Source of the DNA: Flavobacteriales bacterium | GTDB taxonomy: Bacteria; Bacteroidota; Bacteroidia; Flavobacteriales_H; JAHEZO01 | NCBI GenBank assembly: GCA_023250995.1 | Contig: JAHEZO010000005.1 | Coordinates: 1-45,346, forward strand | Length of the DNA stretch: 45,346 nucleotides | Direction of reading: 5' to 3' | Shown: positions 9,201-18,240 of the stretch, in pieces | How positions within the stretch are numbered: the stretch's first letter is position 1 | How the letters are laid out: every line of letters starts with the position of its first letter | The notes under the pieces: model-generated | Told to the model about the DNA's origin: nothing | The model's input: the letters and a program-made list of their open reading frames with translations, nothing else | Databases searched by the model: none | Position numbers and translations under genes: made by a program

Positions 9201-9569
9201 CATTACCCATATATTATCACCCCCTCCGGCATCACTGGTAAATGAAATTTTTTTTCCATCAGGCGAAAAACGCGGCTGTACTTCAAAATCGTGTCCACCA
9301 CGCAATAAAGTGGCTTCACCACCCGAAAACGGAATAGTGAAAATATCTCCCAGCAAATCAAAAACTATTTCTTTTCCATCCTGTGAAACATCCAGGTTCA
9401 TAAAAGTTCCCTCGCTTGTTAAGAATTCAACTTCCTTGAAAGTGCCGGGGGGATTAGCCACGTCCCATTTTTTTTCATCCTTTTTCTTTGATGTGTCCGT
9501 TGGGGATAATTCCTGCGAAAAGGAAAGAGTGCTAAGGCAAATTAAGGGGATAAAAAAATGTTTTTTCAT
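6246..9569 (-). CDS. Secreted PD40/TolB-like beta-propeller protein fused to a C-terminal metal-dependent amidohydrolase domain
   Basis: Signal peptide MKKHFFIPLICLSTLSFSQ. At least 8 PD40 motifs (FSPDGKKISF, ISPDGRYIYY, TSPDGKSLYF, PSPDGNWVAY...). The amidohydrolase HxH motif PGFVDVHAHLG and later H/D motifs are present. Confidence 0.85.
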   Translation of the reverse strand: MKKHFFIPLICLSTLSFSQELSPTDTSKKKDEKKWDVANPPGTFKEVEFLTSEGTFMNLDVSQDGKEIVFDLLGDIFTIPFSGGEATLLRGGHDFEVQPRFSPDGKKISFTSDAGGGDNIWVMNRDGSGPKQVTKEDFRLLNNAVWTPDGNYLIARKHFTSRRSLGAGELWIYHFSGGEGIQLTKRKNDQQDLGEPSISPDGRYIYYSEDVYPGGVFQYNKDPNNQIYAIKRYDREKGEIEMVTGGSGSAFRPQISKDGNTLAFVRRVRTKTVLYLRNLETGEEWPVYDKLTKDQQEAWAIFGVYPNFQWLDSNNIIIWAEGKIWKLDIKTSLTTEIPFTAKCKHKIYDAIKFRQEASPEKFTAKAIRQAITSPDGKSLYFNAAGYLWKKQLPDPSLPYSVSVLPTRLTNGTDFEFEPSVSPNGNEIIYITWSDEETGSIKKLNLAEKKTSTLTSEKGIYRTPKFSHDGKNIVYMKEDGNDHQGGAYCVNPGIYIMPSTGGKGILVTKEGEEPSFSNDGKRIFFLSSEGSGEEQRHAIKSCDLNGKDVITHFTSKYANSFVPSPDGNWVAYRDLYKVFVAAMPATGKTVELSSGTKSVPISQVGRDDGNSIHWSADSKKIHWTVGDEYFTNEIKNRFKFLPGSPDSIAPMDSVGLKIKLVLTTDKPRGMIALKGARIITMSSISGDPSTGGKGDEVIENGTIIINENRILDLGKTEDVKIPEGAKIMDITGKTIMPGFVDVHAHLGTFRLGLSPKKQWSYYANLAYGVTTTHDPSSNSEMVFSQSEMVKAGRMVGPRIFSTGTILYGADGDFKAVINSLEDAKSAIRRTKAFGAFSVKSYNQPRREQRQQVIEAARQLGIMVYPEGGSTTWYNLTHILDGHTGVEHNLPYAPLYNDIVKLWSNSKTGYTPTLIVCYGAMAGENYWYQKTNVWENEKLLKYTPRFIIDSKARHRTIIPDEEFENGFILVSKSCKKLADAGVKINLGSHGQIQGIGAHWELWMLAMGGMSNMQALRCATMNGAEYIGMEKEIGSLEKGKLADLIILEKNPLDDIRNSESIKYTMVNGRIYDCETMNEIGNYDTKRGKFYWEGKYNSTFPWHEKAVGDED

Positions 9570-9575
9570 TGTAAA

Positions 9576-10709
9576 TTATTTTTCGTTTAATAAAAATTCA
9601 TCAAAATTTTCGGGAGTAATTAATTTTGTTTCACTTTCAGGATATGCAGAAAGAAATGATTTTGGAAATTTCGCTTTGGCCTTTTTGTTCCATTTAAATT
9701 CAAAAGCAAATAGTTTTCCATCCTTTTCTTCAACATAATCAATTTCCTGTTGAGCATGCGTTCGCCAAAAATAACGGTTACAGTAAATCTGATTATACTG
9801 TAAATATTTCAACCTTTCGCTCATCATAAAATTTTCCCAGAGTGCTCCCATGTCATTTCTGATACCTGGGGAATTAAAACTATTAATTACAGCATTTCTG
9901 ATTCCATTATCATAAAAATAAATTTTTCGTGTTTTTTTTAATTCATTCCTGAGGTTCCGGCTAAATGTCCCCAATCTAAAAACAACAAATGCTTTTTCAA
10001 GGAAATAAATGTATTTTTCAACGGTTTCATTATCCAATCCTACAAGCTGGCCTAATTCGCGATATGAAACTTCATTTCCTATTTGATGGGCGAGTGCCTG
10101 AACTAATTTTTCCAGTTTATCGGGTTTTTTTATGTCCTCCCAGGTAAGAATATCCTTGTATAGGTAGCTGTCGGAAAGTGATTTCAAAAGTTTAATTTCT
10201 TCGCCCGGACTTGTAATTACCTCCGGATAATAACCATAAACAAGCCTGTGTTCCAATGATCTCCTTTCATCCCTTGGGCTGGTGTGTCCGGCCAATTCTC
10301 CATACGAAAAGGGAAATAAAAGATATTCCCACTTTCGGCCTGTAAGCGGTTCGTTTATTTTGTTTGCAAGCTCAAAAGAAGACGAACCTGTGGCAATGAT
10401 TTTAACATCCTTGATATTATCAACAATTATTTTTATGCAGAGCCCAATATTCTCAATCCTCTGGGCTTCATCAATTACAACTGTTTTATTGTTTCCGATT
10501 AAGTTTTTCAATTTAACAGCCGTTTGATGGCTTAGATCTGAACGTGTATCCGATTCATCACCATTTAGCCAAAGCACCGGCTGTTTGAATTCATTTATAA
10601 TTTTTCTGACCAAAGAGGTTTTCCCACTCTGGCGAGGACCAAAAATGATGATGGCTTTTTTGTCGGATAATTTTTTGCTTATTAATTTTTCCAGAAACCT
10701 GTAAATCAT
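9576..10709 (-). CDS. AAA-family ATP-binding protein (AAA_14 + DUF4143 architecture)
   Basis: Walker A FGPRQSGKTS and Walker B VVIDEAQ. The C-terminal half resembles DUF4143 (..YFWRTHAQQEIDYVEEKDGKLFAFEFKW). Confidence 0.8.
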   Translation of the reverse strand: MIYRFLEKLISKKLSDKKAIIIFGPRQSGKTSLVRKIINEFKQPVLWLNGDESDTRSDLSHQTAVKLKNLIGNNKTVVIDEAQRIENIGLCIKIIVDNIKDVKIIATGSSSFELANKINEPLTGRKWEYLLFPFSYGELAGHTSPRDERRSLEHRLVYGYYPEVITSPGEEIKLLKSLSDSYLYKDILTWEDIKKPDKLEKLVQALAHQIGNEVSYRELGQLVGLDNETVEKYIYFLEKAFVVFRLGTFSRNLRNELKKTRKIYFYDNGIRNAVINSFNSPGIRNDMGALWENFMMSERLKYLQYNQIYCNRYFWRTHAQQEIDYVEEKDGKLFAFEFKWNKKAKAKFPKSFLSAYPESETKLITPENFDEFLLNEK

Positions 10710-10714
10710 ACGTA

Positions 10715-10778
10715 TTGCGATTACAACCGCTAAATTAATACAAATTTTGCGATTACAACCGCTAAATTCATAAATTTT
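10715..10778. repeat. 32-bp tandem duplication with a perfect 22-bp core, TTGCGATTACAACCGCTAAATT x2
   Basis: The cores at 10715-10736 and 10747-10768 are identical, and the flanking 10 nt of each unit are similar (aatacaaatt / cataaatttt). The repeat lies 5 nt upstream of the ATPase ATG (10709) and downstream of the obg stop (10790). Confidence 0.85.
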
Positions 10779-10789
10779 TCACCTATTCA

Positions 10790-11776
10790 TTAATTAAGCT
10801 TCTTCCAAAGGAGGTCTTTTAAATCGGGCAACCCAAAACCTGTAATCGAGGAAATAAAAACCGTTGGGATTCCGCGGGGTAATTCTTTCTTGAGCATTTT
10901 TATCAATTCGTCATCCAGCAAATCGGATTTTGAAATGGTCAGGACTTGTTTTTTATCGAGTAGTTCGGGGTTATACATTTTAAGTTCGTTTAAAAGAATT
11001 TTGAATTCCTTTTTAATATTCGCACTGTCGGCCGGTACCATAAAAAGCAAAATTGAATTGCGTTCAATATGCCTTAAAAAACGGTGACCAAGTCCTTTGC
11101 CCTCATGGGCACCCTCAATAATTCCGGGAATATCAGCCATAACAAAAGAACGATTATCCCTGTAGGCAACAACACCCAGATTGGGAACAAGTGTAGTAAA
11201 AGGATAATCGGCAATTTCGGGTTTGGCGGCAGAAACAACCGAGAGCAAAGTTGATTTCCCTGCATTTGGAAATCCAACAAGGCCCACATCAGCAAGTATT
11301 TTTAACTCCAAGACTTTGGGCCCCTCCTGGGCAGGTTCGCCCGGCTGGGCGAAACGAGGGGTTTGATGGGTTGAGGTTCGAAAAAAATTATTCCCTTTTC
11401 CCCCTCTTCCACCTATCAATAATGTTTTTTCTTCTCCTTCTTTTGTAATTTCAAAAATTATTTCTCCTGTTTCAGGATTTTTGGCCACTGTACCCAGCGG
11501 AACTTCAACATATACATCTTTGCCATCATGGCCTGTCCGATTATTGCTGCCGCCCGATTCCCCGTCACCGGCAAAAACATGCCGGGTGTATTTAAGGTGC
11601 AAAAGAGTCCAGAGTTGTTTGTTTCCTCTCAAAATAATATGTCCTCCTCTACCCCCGTCTCCTCCATCGGGTCCGCCTTTGGGAATAAATTTTTCTCTTC
11701 TTAAATGCACCATTCCGGCTCCCCCTTTGCCTGAGCGGCAAAAGATTTTAACGTAATCAACAAAGTTGGTGGACAT
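10790..11776 (-). CDS. obg: GTPase Obg/CgtA
   Basis: Obg fold N-terminus [46 protein letters not shown]1 [10 protein letters not shown]3 DIPG, G4 SKSD. Confidence 0.95.
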   Translation of the reverse strand: MSTNFVDYVKIFCRSGKGGAGMVHLRREKFIPKGGPDGGDGGRGGHIILRGNKQLWTLLHLKYTRHVFAGDGESGGSNNRTGHDGKDVYVEVPLGTVAKNPETGEIIFEITKEGEEKTLLIGGRGGKGNNFFRTSTHQTPRFAQPGEPAQEGPKVLELKILADVGLVGFPNAGKSTLLSVVSAAKPEIADYPFTTLVPNLGVVAYRDNRSFVMADIPGIIEGAHEGKGLGHRFLRHIERNSILLFMVPADSANIKKEFKILLNELKMYNPELLDKKQVLTISKSDLLDDELIKMLKKELPRGIPTVFISSITGFGLPDLKDLLWKKLN

Positions 11777-11841
11777 GTGTAAAAAATAAGGAATGATGAA
11801 TACTGTAATGTGAATTTTTAACGGGGAAAAGAAAAAAAAAT

Positions 11842-12417
11842 TTAAACAACGGTTTCAATGGCAGCGCACAACTTTCCGAAAATCTCCTCAATTCCTCCCA
11901 ATCCCAATATGATTTTGCATTTGCCCTGCTGAAGGTAATAATTTTTTAGGGGAGCTGTTTTTGTATTGTACTCTTTGATGCGGTTTCGAACAATTTCTTC
12001 ATTTTGATCATCAGCCCTTCCTGAGTTTTTACCTCTTAGGATAATTCTCTTTAATAATTCTTCATCTTCAACTTCCAGCGAAAGCATGTTACTGATGTTG
12101 GTTTTCCTGGTAGCAAGAAATTTATCCAGAGAATCGGCCTGAGGAATGGTACGGGGAAAACCGTCAAAAATAAAGCCCTTAACCTCCGGATGTTTTTCCA
12201 CTTCGGCCTGAAGCATTTTTATGGTAACCTCATCCGGAACGAGATCGCCTTTATCCATAAATGTTTGAGCAAGATTTCCAAGTTCGGTTCCACCTTTAAT
12301 ATTTGCCCTGAAAATATCACCGGTAGAAAGATGAAACAAATTGAATTTTTCCGCAATTTTTACAGCCTGGGTTCCTTTTCCGGAGCCGGGAGGTCCAAAA
12401 ATGACCAGATTTAACAT
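11842..12417 (-). CDS. adk: Adenylate kinase
   Basis: P-loop [10 protein letters not shown], then [17 protein letters not shown] and the LID region [11 protein letters not shown]-like (short, non-zinc type). Confidence 0.95.
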   Translation of the reverse strand: MLNLVIFGPPGSGKGTQAVKIAEKFNLFHLSTGDIFRANIKGGTELGNLAQTFMDKGDLVPDEVTIKMLQAEVEKHPEVKGFIFDGFPRTIPQADSLDKFLATRKTNISNMLSLEVEDEELLKRIILRGKNSGRADDQNEEIVRNRIKEYNTKTAPLKNYYLQQGKCKIILGLGGIEEIFGKLCAAIETVV

Positions 12418-12432
12418 AAGTAAATTTAAAAT

Positions 12433-13623
12433 TTAATTGAGCAAATTTTTGTTCGAATATAAGATATTTTTTACCATTTCTTTTAGGGTATTTCCGGCCT
12501 GTAGTAACATGTCGGGATCGGGCGGAAAGGGCACAGGGTTTTTTCCGATTTTTTGCCTGGTTTCCTTTTTTAATGCCCTTTGATCACCAACCGCCACAGC
12601 CGAAAAATTTTCAAATAAGGCATCGGCCGTAACAGGGTCAGTTTTTATTAATTGCCCGGTTCGGTTGTTAATATAATCCAGGCTTCCGGCCACCCTTGCA
12701 GTTTTTCGCTGCTGAGTTTCAATTAAATTACACGAAGCTGTAATTATTTTATCGGTTTTTATATCATTTCCGGCACTATCCTTCATCACATTCCCTTTGG
12801 CGTCCAAAACATATTTCCAACCATCCTTTACTTCTGCCGTTTCGGTGTAATGAACCTCCTTAACTAATTCGGGCGAAACATCAATTATTTTAACATTCAG
12901 AAGAACGGTATAATCATAATAAACATCCGCCTGCTCTTGTGTGTGGTACCTGAGCCATTGCTGGTTCAGATCGTTCAAGCTGATTTTAAATAACTCCTCG
13001 GCAAATCTTTTTGGTAAAATAACATTAGCTTTGTTTTCCATTTTAAAAATTACGTGATTGGTTCCGAGTTCGGCAGCATTTTTTATTTTTTCATCCACAT
13101 CCTTAAAATCATTATAATATGTTTTTACCCGCTGAAAATCGCCATATGCCAACCTTGCATTCTGCCGGTCTCCTTTTTCTAAAAGGGCAGAACCATGGGC
13201 ATAAAAATACTCTGCAGCTTTTTGCTTTGCCTGAATTATTTCATTATCATAATAATTAAAAGAAATTCGGGGCGGAATAAACGTAAGGCCTTTAACAAGG
13301 TTTTGTCTCCGGTTCATGGCGGAATAAATATCGAAAACTTCATCCCAAATATCCGGAGTTCCCTCCTTTTTTAAAAAAGCAATTTTATCATTATCCCTTT
13401 GGTTGGCTTTAGTAAAGGCCTGTTCAAGAATTCGAAGGTATTTTGATGCGTTTGGATTTTTTTTGAGTTTGCGAACTGAAGTCCTGATGGCATCGTCATA
13501 CCTTCCTTTTTGAAGTTGATGCTGGGCACAACCGCTAAAAAGAAAAACCAATACTAATACTATGGATACTTTTTTCAAGTTTATTTTTTTTATTCTTAAA
13601 ATAAAAAACAAAGATAGGTTCAA
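12433..13623 (-). CDS. Hypothetical lipoprotein
   Basis: Long ORF with coding-like composition and a lipobox (LFSGC) after a hydrophobic segment. I recognise no catalytic motif. Confidence 0.6.
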   Translation of the reverse strand: MNLSLFFILRIKKINLKKVSIVLVLVFLFSGCAQHQLQKGRYDDAIRTSVRKLKKNPNASKYLRILEQAFTKANQRDNDKIAFLKKEGTPDIWDEVFDIYSAMNRRQNLVKGLTFIPPRISFNYYDNEIIQAKQKAAEYFYAHGSALLEKGDRQNARLAYGDFQRVKTYYNDFKDVDEKIKNAAELGTNHVIFKMENKANVILPKRFAEELFKISLNDLNQQWLRYHTQEQADVYYDYTVLLNVKIIDVSPELVKEVHYTETAEVKDGWKYVLDAKGNVMKDSAGNDIKTDKIITASCNLIETQQRKTARVAGSLDYINNRTGQLIKTDPVTADALFENFSAVAVGDQRALKKETRQKIGKNPVPFPPDPDMLLQAGNTLKEMVKNILYSNKNLLN

Positions 13624-13746
13624 AGTTCAAATAAACAATAATTGAAAACGCTGAAAATGATTTTTTGCTATTCAATCCATTCTTTCAACCTTTGCCCGAA
13701 TTAAATAACGTTTGTGGAAACAAATCAGATTAATTAAGAAGTAGGA

Positions 13747-16185
13747 ATGGCTTATAAAATTTTGCGGTATAGGGGATATTTTATTCTGGGACTCATTCTC
13801 ATTGTAGGGTTGTTCGGCTACTGGGGTTCAAAAATTGAGCTTTCGTACACCTACGCAAGGGCGCTGCCAATTACCGATCCGGATTATCTCGAATACGAAA
13901 AGTTCAAGTCGCTGTACGGTGAAGACGGGAACGTAATGGTAATTGGCCTGCAGGACAGCAATTTTTTTCAACTGGATAAATTTAACGGTTGGTTTGATTT
14001 GGGAAATAAAATAAAAAGTATCGAGGGGATAAAGGAGGTAATGTCAATTGCCAATCTTTATAATATCAAAAGAAACGACAGTTTAAAAAAATTTGATTTC
14101 GTTCCGGTTACAAATAACAAACCCCAAACTCAGGAGGAACTCGACAGCATAAAAGATATTATTTTTTCTCTTCCATTTTATGAAGGACTTGCCATAAATA
14201 AAACCACAGGAGCTACCTTAATGGCAGTAACCTTTGATAAATCCAAACTGAATACCAAAGGCCGTATTACCATTTCCCGTGAAATTGAAGCACTGGGAGA
14301 AGAATTTGCCAAAAAAAATAATCTTTCGCTTCATTACTCCGGGATGCCTTACATACGAACGGTTTTTATGCAAAAAGTTGCCAGTGAATTGGTTCTTTTT
14401 CTGATTCTTGCTATTGCAGTAACCGCCATTATTTTGTATTTGTTTTTTCGTTCTTTTTACGCTGTGTTTTTTTCCCTTTTAGTTTGTTGTTGCGGAGTAG
14501 TTGTTTCGTTGGGTACTCTGGTAATGATGGGGTACAAAATTACAATTCTCTCCGGTTTGATTCCCCCGCTAATTATTGTAATTGGGGTTCCTAACTGCAT
14601 TTTTATTATTAATAAATATCAGGAGGAATTCAGCCGTCACGGAAATCAAATGAAAGCCCTTACCCGAACAATTGAAAAGGTCTCTTTATCAAACTTTTTG
14701 GCCAACATTACCACAGCCATTGGTTTTGGAGTTTTTTATTTCACACACAGTTCTCTTCTCATGGAGTTTGGTTTAATTGCTGCTTTAAATGTTATGGCCA
14801 CATACATCATTGCACACATTTTGCTTCCTATAATTTATAGTTTTCTTCCCCCTCCTGCCCCAAAATACACAAAACACCTAAATAATAAATCGGTGGCTTT
14901 TATAATGGAAAAAGTTGACTTTCTAGTTCACCATTACCGACAAAGAATTTATATAATAATTTCTATTCTCACAATTTTGTCCTTCTGGGGAATGACAAAA
15001 ATTAATGTAAAAGGGTATGTTGTTGATGATTTACCAAAAAAAGATCCTATTTACGAACATTTGCGTTTTTTTGAAACGAATTTTCACGGGGTGATGCCCT
15101 TTGAAATAAACGTTGATACAAAAAAAGAAAATGGAGTTTTTGCAGAAAGAGGGGAATCAGCCCTCTCCACACTCTATAAAATACAGTCAATGCAGCGGAT
15201 GATGGGTCAGTATGATGCTTTTTCAAAACCGGTTTCTGTGGTAGAAGGCCTGAAGTTCGGATATCAGGCATTTAATTATGGGGACCCGAAAAAATACAGA
15301 ACCCTTCCTTCGGCCATTGAAATGAATAAAATGAAGGATTATACCGAAACGATTAAAGGGAAGGAAAACAGATTATCCTCCTTTATGGATAGCACAAAAA
15401 GATATACCAGAATAAGTTTTCAGATGGCTGATGTGGGCTCGGATTCGCTAAAAAAACTTGTGAATGAAATTAGGCCCAGGGCAGATTCAATATTTAATTT
15501 TGACAGGGAAAAAAACGCATGGGTTCCTGAGGAATTAAAATATAATGTGGCCCTTACCGGTTTTAGCCTGGTGTTCTTAAAAAGCAACGATTTTCTTTTT
15601 CATCACCTTTTTATCAGTTTACTTGTTGCCATCGGACTAATTCTTATTATTGGAATTGCATTGTTCCGTTCGGTTGCTATTATTGTTCTTTCAAAACTTC
15701 CCTGCCTTATTCCCCTCGCCATTACAGCCGGTATCATGGGGTTTCTGGAAATTCCATTTAAGCCTTCCACCATTTTAATTTTCAGCATTGCATTTGGAAT
15801 TGCTTCTGACGGTACCATTTATATTCTAACAGAATACCGCCACCAGCTTAGAAAAAATATTGACCGGTCAACCGCCATTTCCCGCACCATAAGAGAACTT
15901 GGCACAAGTATGCTTTACACAAACGTAATTTTGTTTTTTGGTTTTGCCATTTTTGCTGCCTCTACCTTTGGAGGTACCGAAGCCATGGGGATTTTAATTT
16001 CCATTACCCTTTTGGTTTCCCTGATAACAAATTTATTGCTCCTTCCTTCTATACTTCTTTCGCTGGAAAAAAGGTTGGTAACAAAAGCTTTTATGAAAGA
16101 ACCCTTTTTTAATATTTACAATGAAGAAGAAGACATTGATTTGGATAAGCTGGAAATTAAATCGCAGCATAAATCCGAAGAATAA
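13747..16185 (+). CDS. RND-superfamily / MMPL-type exporter (sterol-sensing-domain-like, 12 TM)
   Basis: Two internally repeated halves, each with a large soluble loop followed by a cluster of TM helices (..LIPPLIIVIGVPNCIFIINKYQEE.. and ..LIPLAITAGIMGFLEIPFKPSTILIFSIAFGIASDGTIY..), as in COG1033 exporters. Confidence 0.8.
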   Translation: MAYKILRYRGYFILGLILIVGLFGYWGSKIELSYTYARALPITDPDYLEYEKFKSLYGEDGNVMVIGLQDSNFFQLDKFNGWFDLGNKIKSIEGIKEVMSIANLYNIKRNDSLKKFDFVPVTNNKPQTQEELDSIKDIIFSLPFYEGLAINKTTGATLMAVTFDKSKLNTKGRITISREIEALGEEFAKKNNLSLHYSGMPYIRTVFMQKVASELVLFLILAIAVTAIILYLFFRSFYAVFFSLLVCCCGVVVSLGTLVMMGYKITILSGLIPPLIIVIGVPNCIFIINKYQEEFSRHGNQMKALTRTIEKVSLSNFLANITTAIGFGVFYFTHSSLLMEFGLIAALNVMATYIIAHILLPIIYSFLPPPAPKYTKHLNNKSVAFIMEKVDFLVHHYRQRIYIIISILTILSFWGMTKINVKGYVVDDLPKKDPIYEHLRFFETNFHGVMPFEINVDTKKENGVFAERGESALSTLYKIQSMQRMMGQYDAFSKPVSVVEGLKFGYQAFNYGDPKKYRTLPSAIEMNKMKDYTETIKGKENRLSSFMDSTKRYTRISFQMADVGSDSLKKLVNEIRPRADSIFNFDREKNAWVPEELKYNVALTGFSLVFLKSNDFLFHHLFISLLVAIGLILIIGIALFRSVAIIVLSKLPCLIPLAITAGIMGFLEIPFKPSTILIFSIAFGIASDGTIYILTEYRHQLRKNIDRSTAISRTIRELGTSMLYTNVILFFGFAIFAASTFGGTEAMGILISITLLVSLITNLLLLPSILLSLEKRLVTKAFMKEPFFNIYNEEEDIDLDKLEIKSQHKSEE

Positions 16186-16262
16186 AAAGGAGGAATTTTC
16201 GGACAGGAACTTTTTTAATTACTATTTTCAGATGACTAAATTTTAGAAAAAATCAAATTATT

Positions 16263-17126
16263 ATGAAAGGAATAATTCTCGCGGGAGGATCGGGAACACG
16301 CCTCCACCCGCTTACCCTTGCCGTTAGCAAACAGTTAATGCCGGTATTTGATAAACCAATGGTTTATTATCCTCTTTCCACTCTAATGATGGCCGGAATT
16401 CGCGAAATACTTTTGATTTCGACACCCGAGGATTTGCCAAATTTTATTAAGCTTTTGGGAGATGGGAAAAATCTCGGGTGCAGTTTTCATTATGCCGAAC
16501 AAAAAATTCCGAATGGCCTTGCCCAGGCTTTTGTAATTGGAGAAAAATTTATAGGAGATGAAAAAGTTGCCCTGATCCTGGGTGATAATATTTTTTATGG
16601 CTCAGGACTTTCGAAAAAATTGCAAAAAATTACCAACCCCGAAGGTGGAATTGTTTTTGCGTACCATGTGGCCGACCCCGAAAGGTATGGGGTGGTTGAA
16701 TTTACTGATGGCAATAAAGTACTTTCCATTGAAGAAAAACCATCAAAACCAAAATCAAATTTTGCCGTGCCGGGGTTATACTTTTATGATAACGATGTGG
16801 TGCTGATTGCCAAAAACCTTCAACCGAGCTTAAGGGGTGAATATGAAATTACCGATGTAAACAGGGAATACCTAAAAAGGGAAAAACTTCGTGTTGAAAT
16901 TCTTGACCGGGGAACGGCCTGGCTCGACACGGGCACCTTTGCTTCTTTAATGCAGGCGGGCCAATATGTTCAGGTAATTGAAGAAAGGCAAGGGCTCAAA
17001 ATCGGATGCATTGAGGAAATTGCCTACCGGATGGGTTTTATTGATTCCAACCAGCTTGAAATACTTGCTAAGCCATTACTAAAAAGCGGATATGGAAATT
17101 ATTTACTCGGTTTGATAAAATCGTAG
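16263..17126 (+). CDS. rfbA: Glucose-1-phosphate thymidylyltransferase
   Basis: [50 protein letters not shown] and [27 protein letters not shown] are canonical RmlA motifs. Confidence 0.95.
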   Translation: MKGIILAGGSGTRLHPLTLAVSKQLMPVFDKPMVYYPLSTLMMAGIREILLISTPEDLPNFIKLLGDGKNLGCSFHYAEQKIPNGLAQAFVIGEKFIGDEKVALILGDNIFYGSGLSKKLQKITNPEGGIVFAYHVADPERYGVVEFTDGNKVLSIEEKPSKPKSNFAVPGLYFYDNDVVLIAKNLQPSLRGEYEITDVNREYLKREKLRVEILDRGTAWLDTGTFASLMQAGQYVQVIEERQGLKIGCIEEIAYRMGFIDSNQLEILAKPLLKSGYGNYLLGLIKS

Positions 17127-17151
17127 CAGAAAATAATATTTTCATTAACTA

Positions 17152-18207
17152 ATGCATTCCACCCAAATAAATTCCTTTTTATCCTCCATTGAAAAGGAAC
17201 TTTCAAAAATAAAATACGGAATTAATCCCAAAGAACTTTACCAACCCATTGAGTACACCATGGGATTGGGAGGGAAACGCATCCGCCCCTTATTCTTATT
17301 ACTATCCTGCGACCTTTTTGAAGGAAGAATTGCAGATGCCATGAATCCGGCACTGGCCGTTGAAATTTTTCATAATTTCACTCTGGTTCATGATGATATT
17401 ATGGACAACGCACCTCTGCGAAGAAATAAACCCACAGTATATAAACAATGGAATAAAAACATTGCACTCCTTTCGGGAGATGTAATGCTGGTATGGACCT
17501 ACCGGCTGCTTTCTAAATGCCCGAAAAGTAAATTTTTAAAAGTACTTTCAGTATTTAATGAAATTGCCATTCAGGTTTGCGAAGGCCAGCAATTGGATAT
17601 GAATCTTGAAGCCCTCCCTCTTCTGGCCCAAACAGGCAAGAATAGTCAAATCCCCATTTCGGATTCAGAGGAAAAAACACTCCCGCATGCAAATCTTTTG
17701 GGAGGGGTTTCTTATATTGAAATGATCTCGTTAAAAACTGCAGCCCTCATTGCCGGCTGTTGTCAAATTGGAGCCATCCTTGGAGGTGCATCCCGTTCGG
17801 ATGCCAACCATTTATTTGAATTCGGGAAAAACCTTGGCATTGCTTTTCAGCTGCAGGATGATTTGCTGGATGTGTTTGGCAACTCGGCAAAATTTGGAAA
17901 ACAAACCGGGGGTGATATTATTGAAAATAAAAAAACATTTCTTCTCCTGAAGGCCTTTGAACTGGCTAACGAAACCGGACGAAAAAAATTACATGACATT
18001 TTTTTAAAAGATAAAATTTCATCCACCGATAAAATTAATGCGGTGAAAAAGATTTACGACAATCTGGGAATAAAAGGGGAAACTGAAAAAGAAATAAAAA
18101 AATATTTTTCTCTTGCCAAAAAAGAACTAATTAAAATTAAAGCTGCGAAAAATAAAAAGCTTCAATTTCTGGCATTCGTGAGCGGACTTATGAAAAGGGA
18201 GATGTAA
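17152..18207 (+). CDS. Polyprenyl (trans-isoprenyl) diphosphate synthase with a ~30-aa insertion
   Basis: FARM LVHDDIMDN and SARM FQLQDDLLDVFG are present. There is extra sequence ALPLLAQTGKNSQIPISDSEEKTLPHANLLGG between the GQQLDM and YIEMISLKTAAL segments. Confidence 0.85.
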   Translation: MHSTQINSFLSSIEKELSKIKYGINPKELYQPIEYTMGLGGKRIRPLFLLLSCDLFEGRIADAMNPALAVEIFHNFTLVHDDIMDNAPLRRNKPTVYKQWNKNIALLSGDVMLVWTYRLLSKCPKSKFLKVLSVFNEIAIQVCEGQQLDMNLEALPLLAQTGKNSQIPISDSEEKTLPHANLLGGVSYIEMISLKTAALIAGCCQIGAILGGASRSDANHLFEFGKNLGIAFQLQDDLLDVFGNSAKFGKQTGGDIIENKKTFLLLKAFELANETGRKKLHDIFLKDKISSTDKINAVKKIYDNLGIKGETEKEIKKYFSLAKKELIKIKAAKNKKLQFLAFVSGLMKREM

Positions 18208-18240
18208 ATATATCTTTTCAGTCAAATCCTAAATAGTAAT

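Noticed and set aside
9142-9738. Track ORF 9142..9738 (+), 198 aa, spanning the amidohydrolase/ATPase junction
   Set aside because: It lies opposite two well-supported minus-strand genes. The product is Ser/Phe-rich and low-complexity, and nothing recognisable is present.
9576-10709. AAA/DUF4143 ATPase as a stand-alone defence or mobile-element gene
   Set aside because: It is a single gene without a nuclease, methylase, integrase or partner genes. The sequence alone gives no support beyond the odd upstream tandem repeat, which is reported separately.
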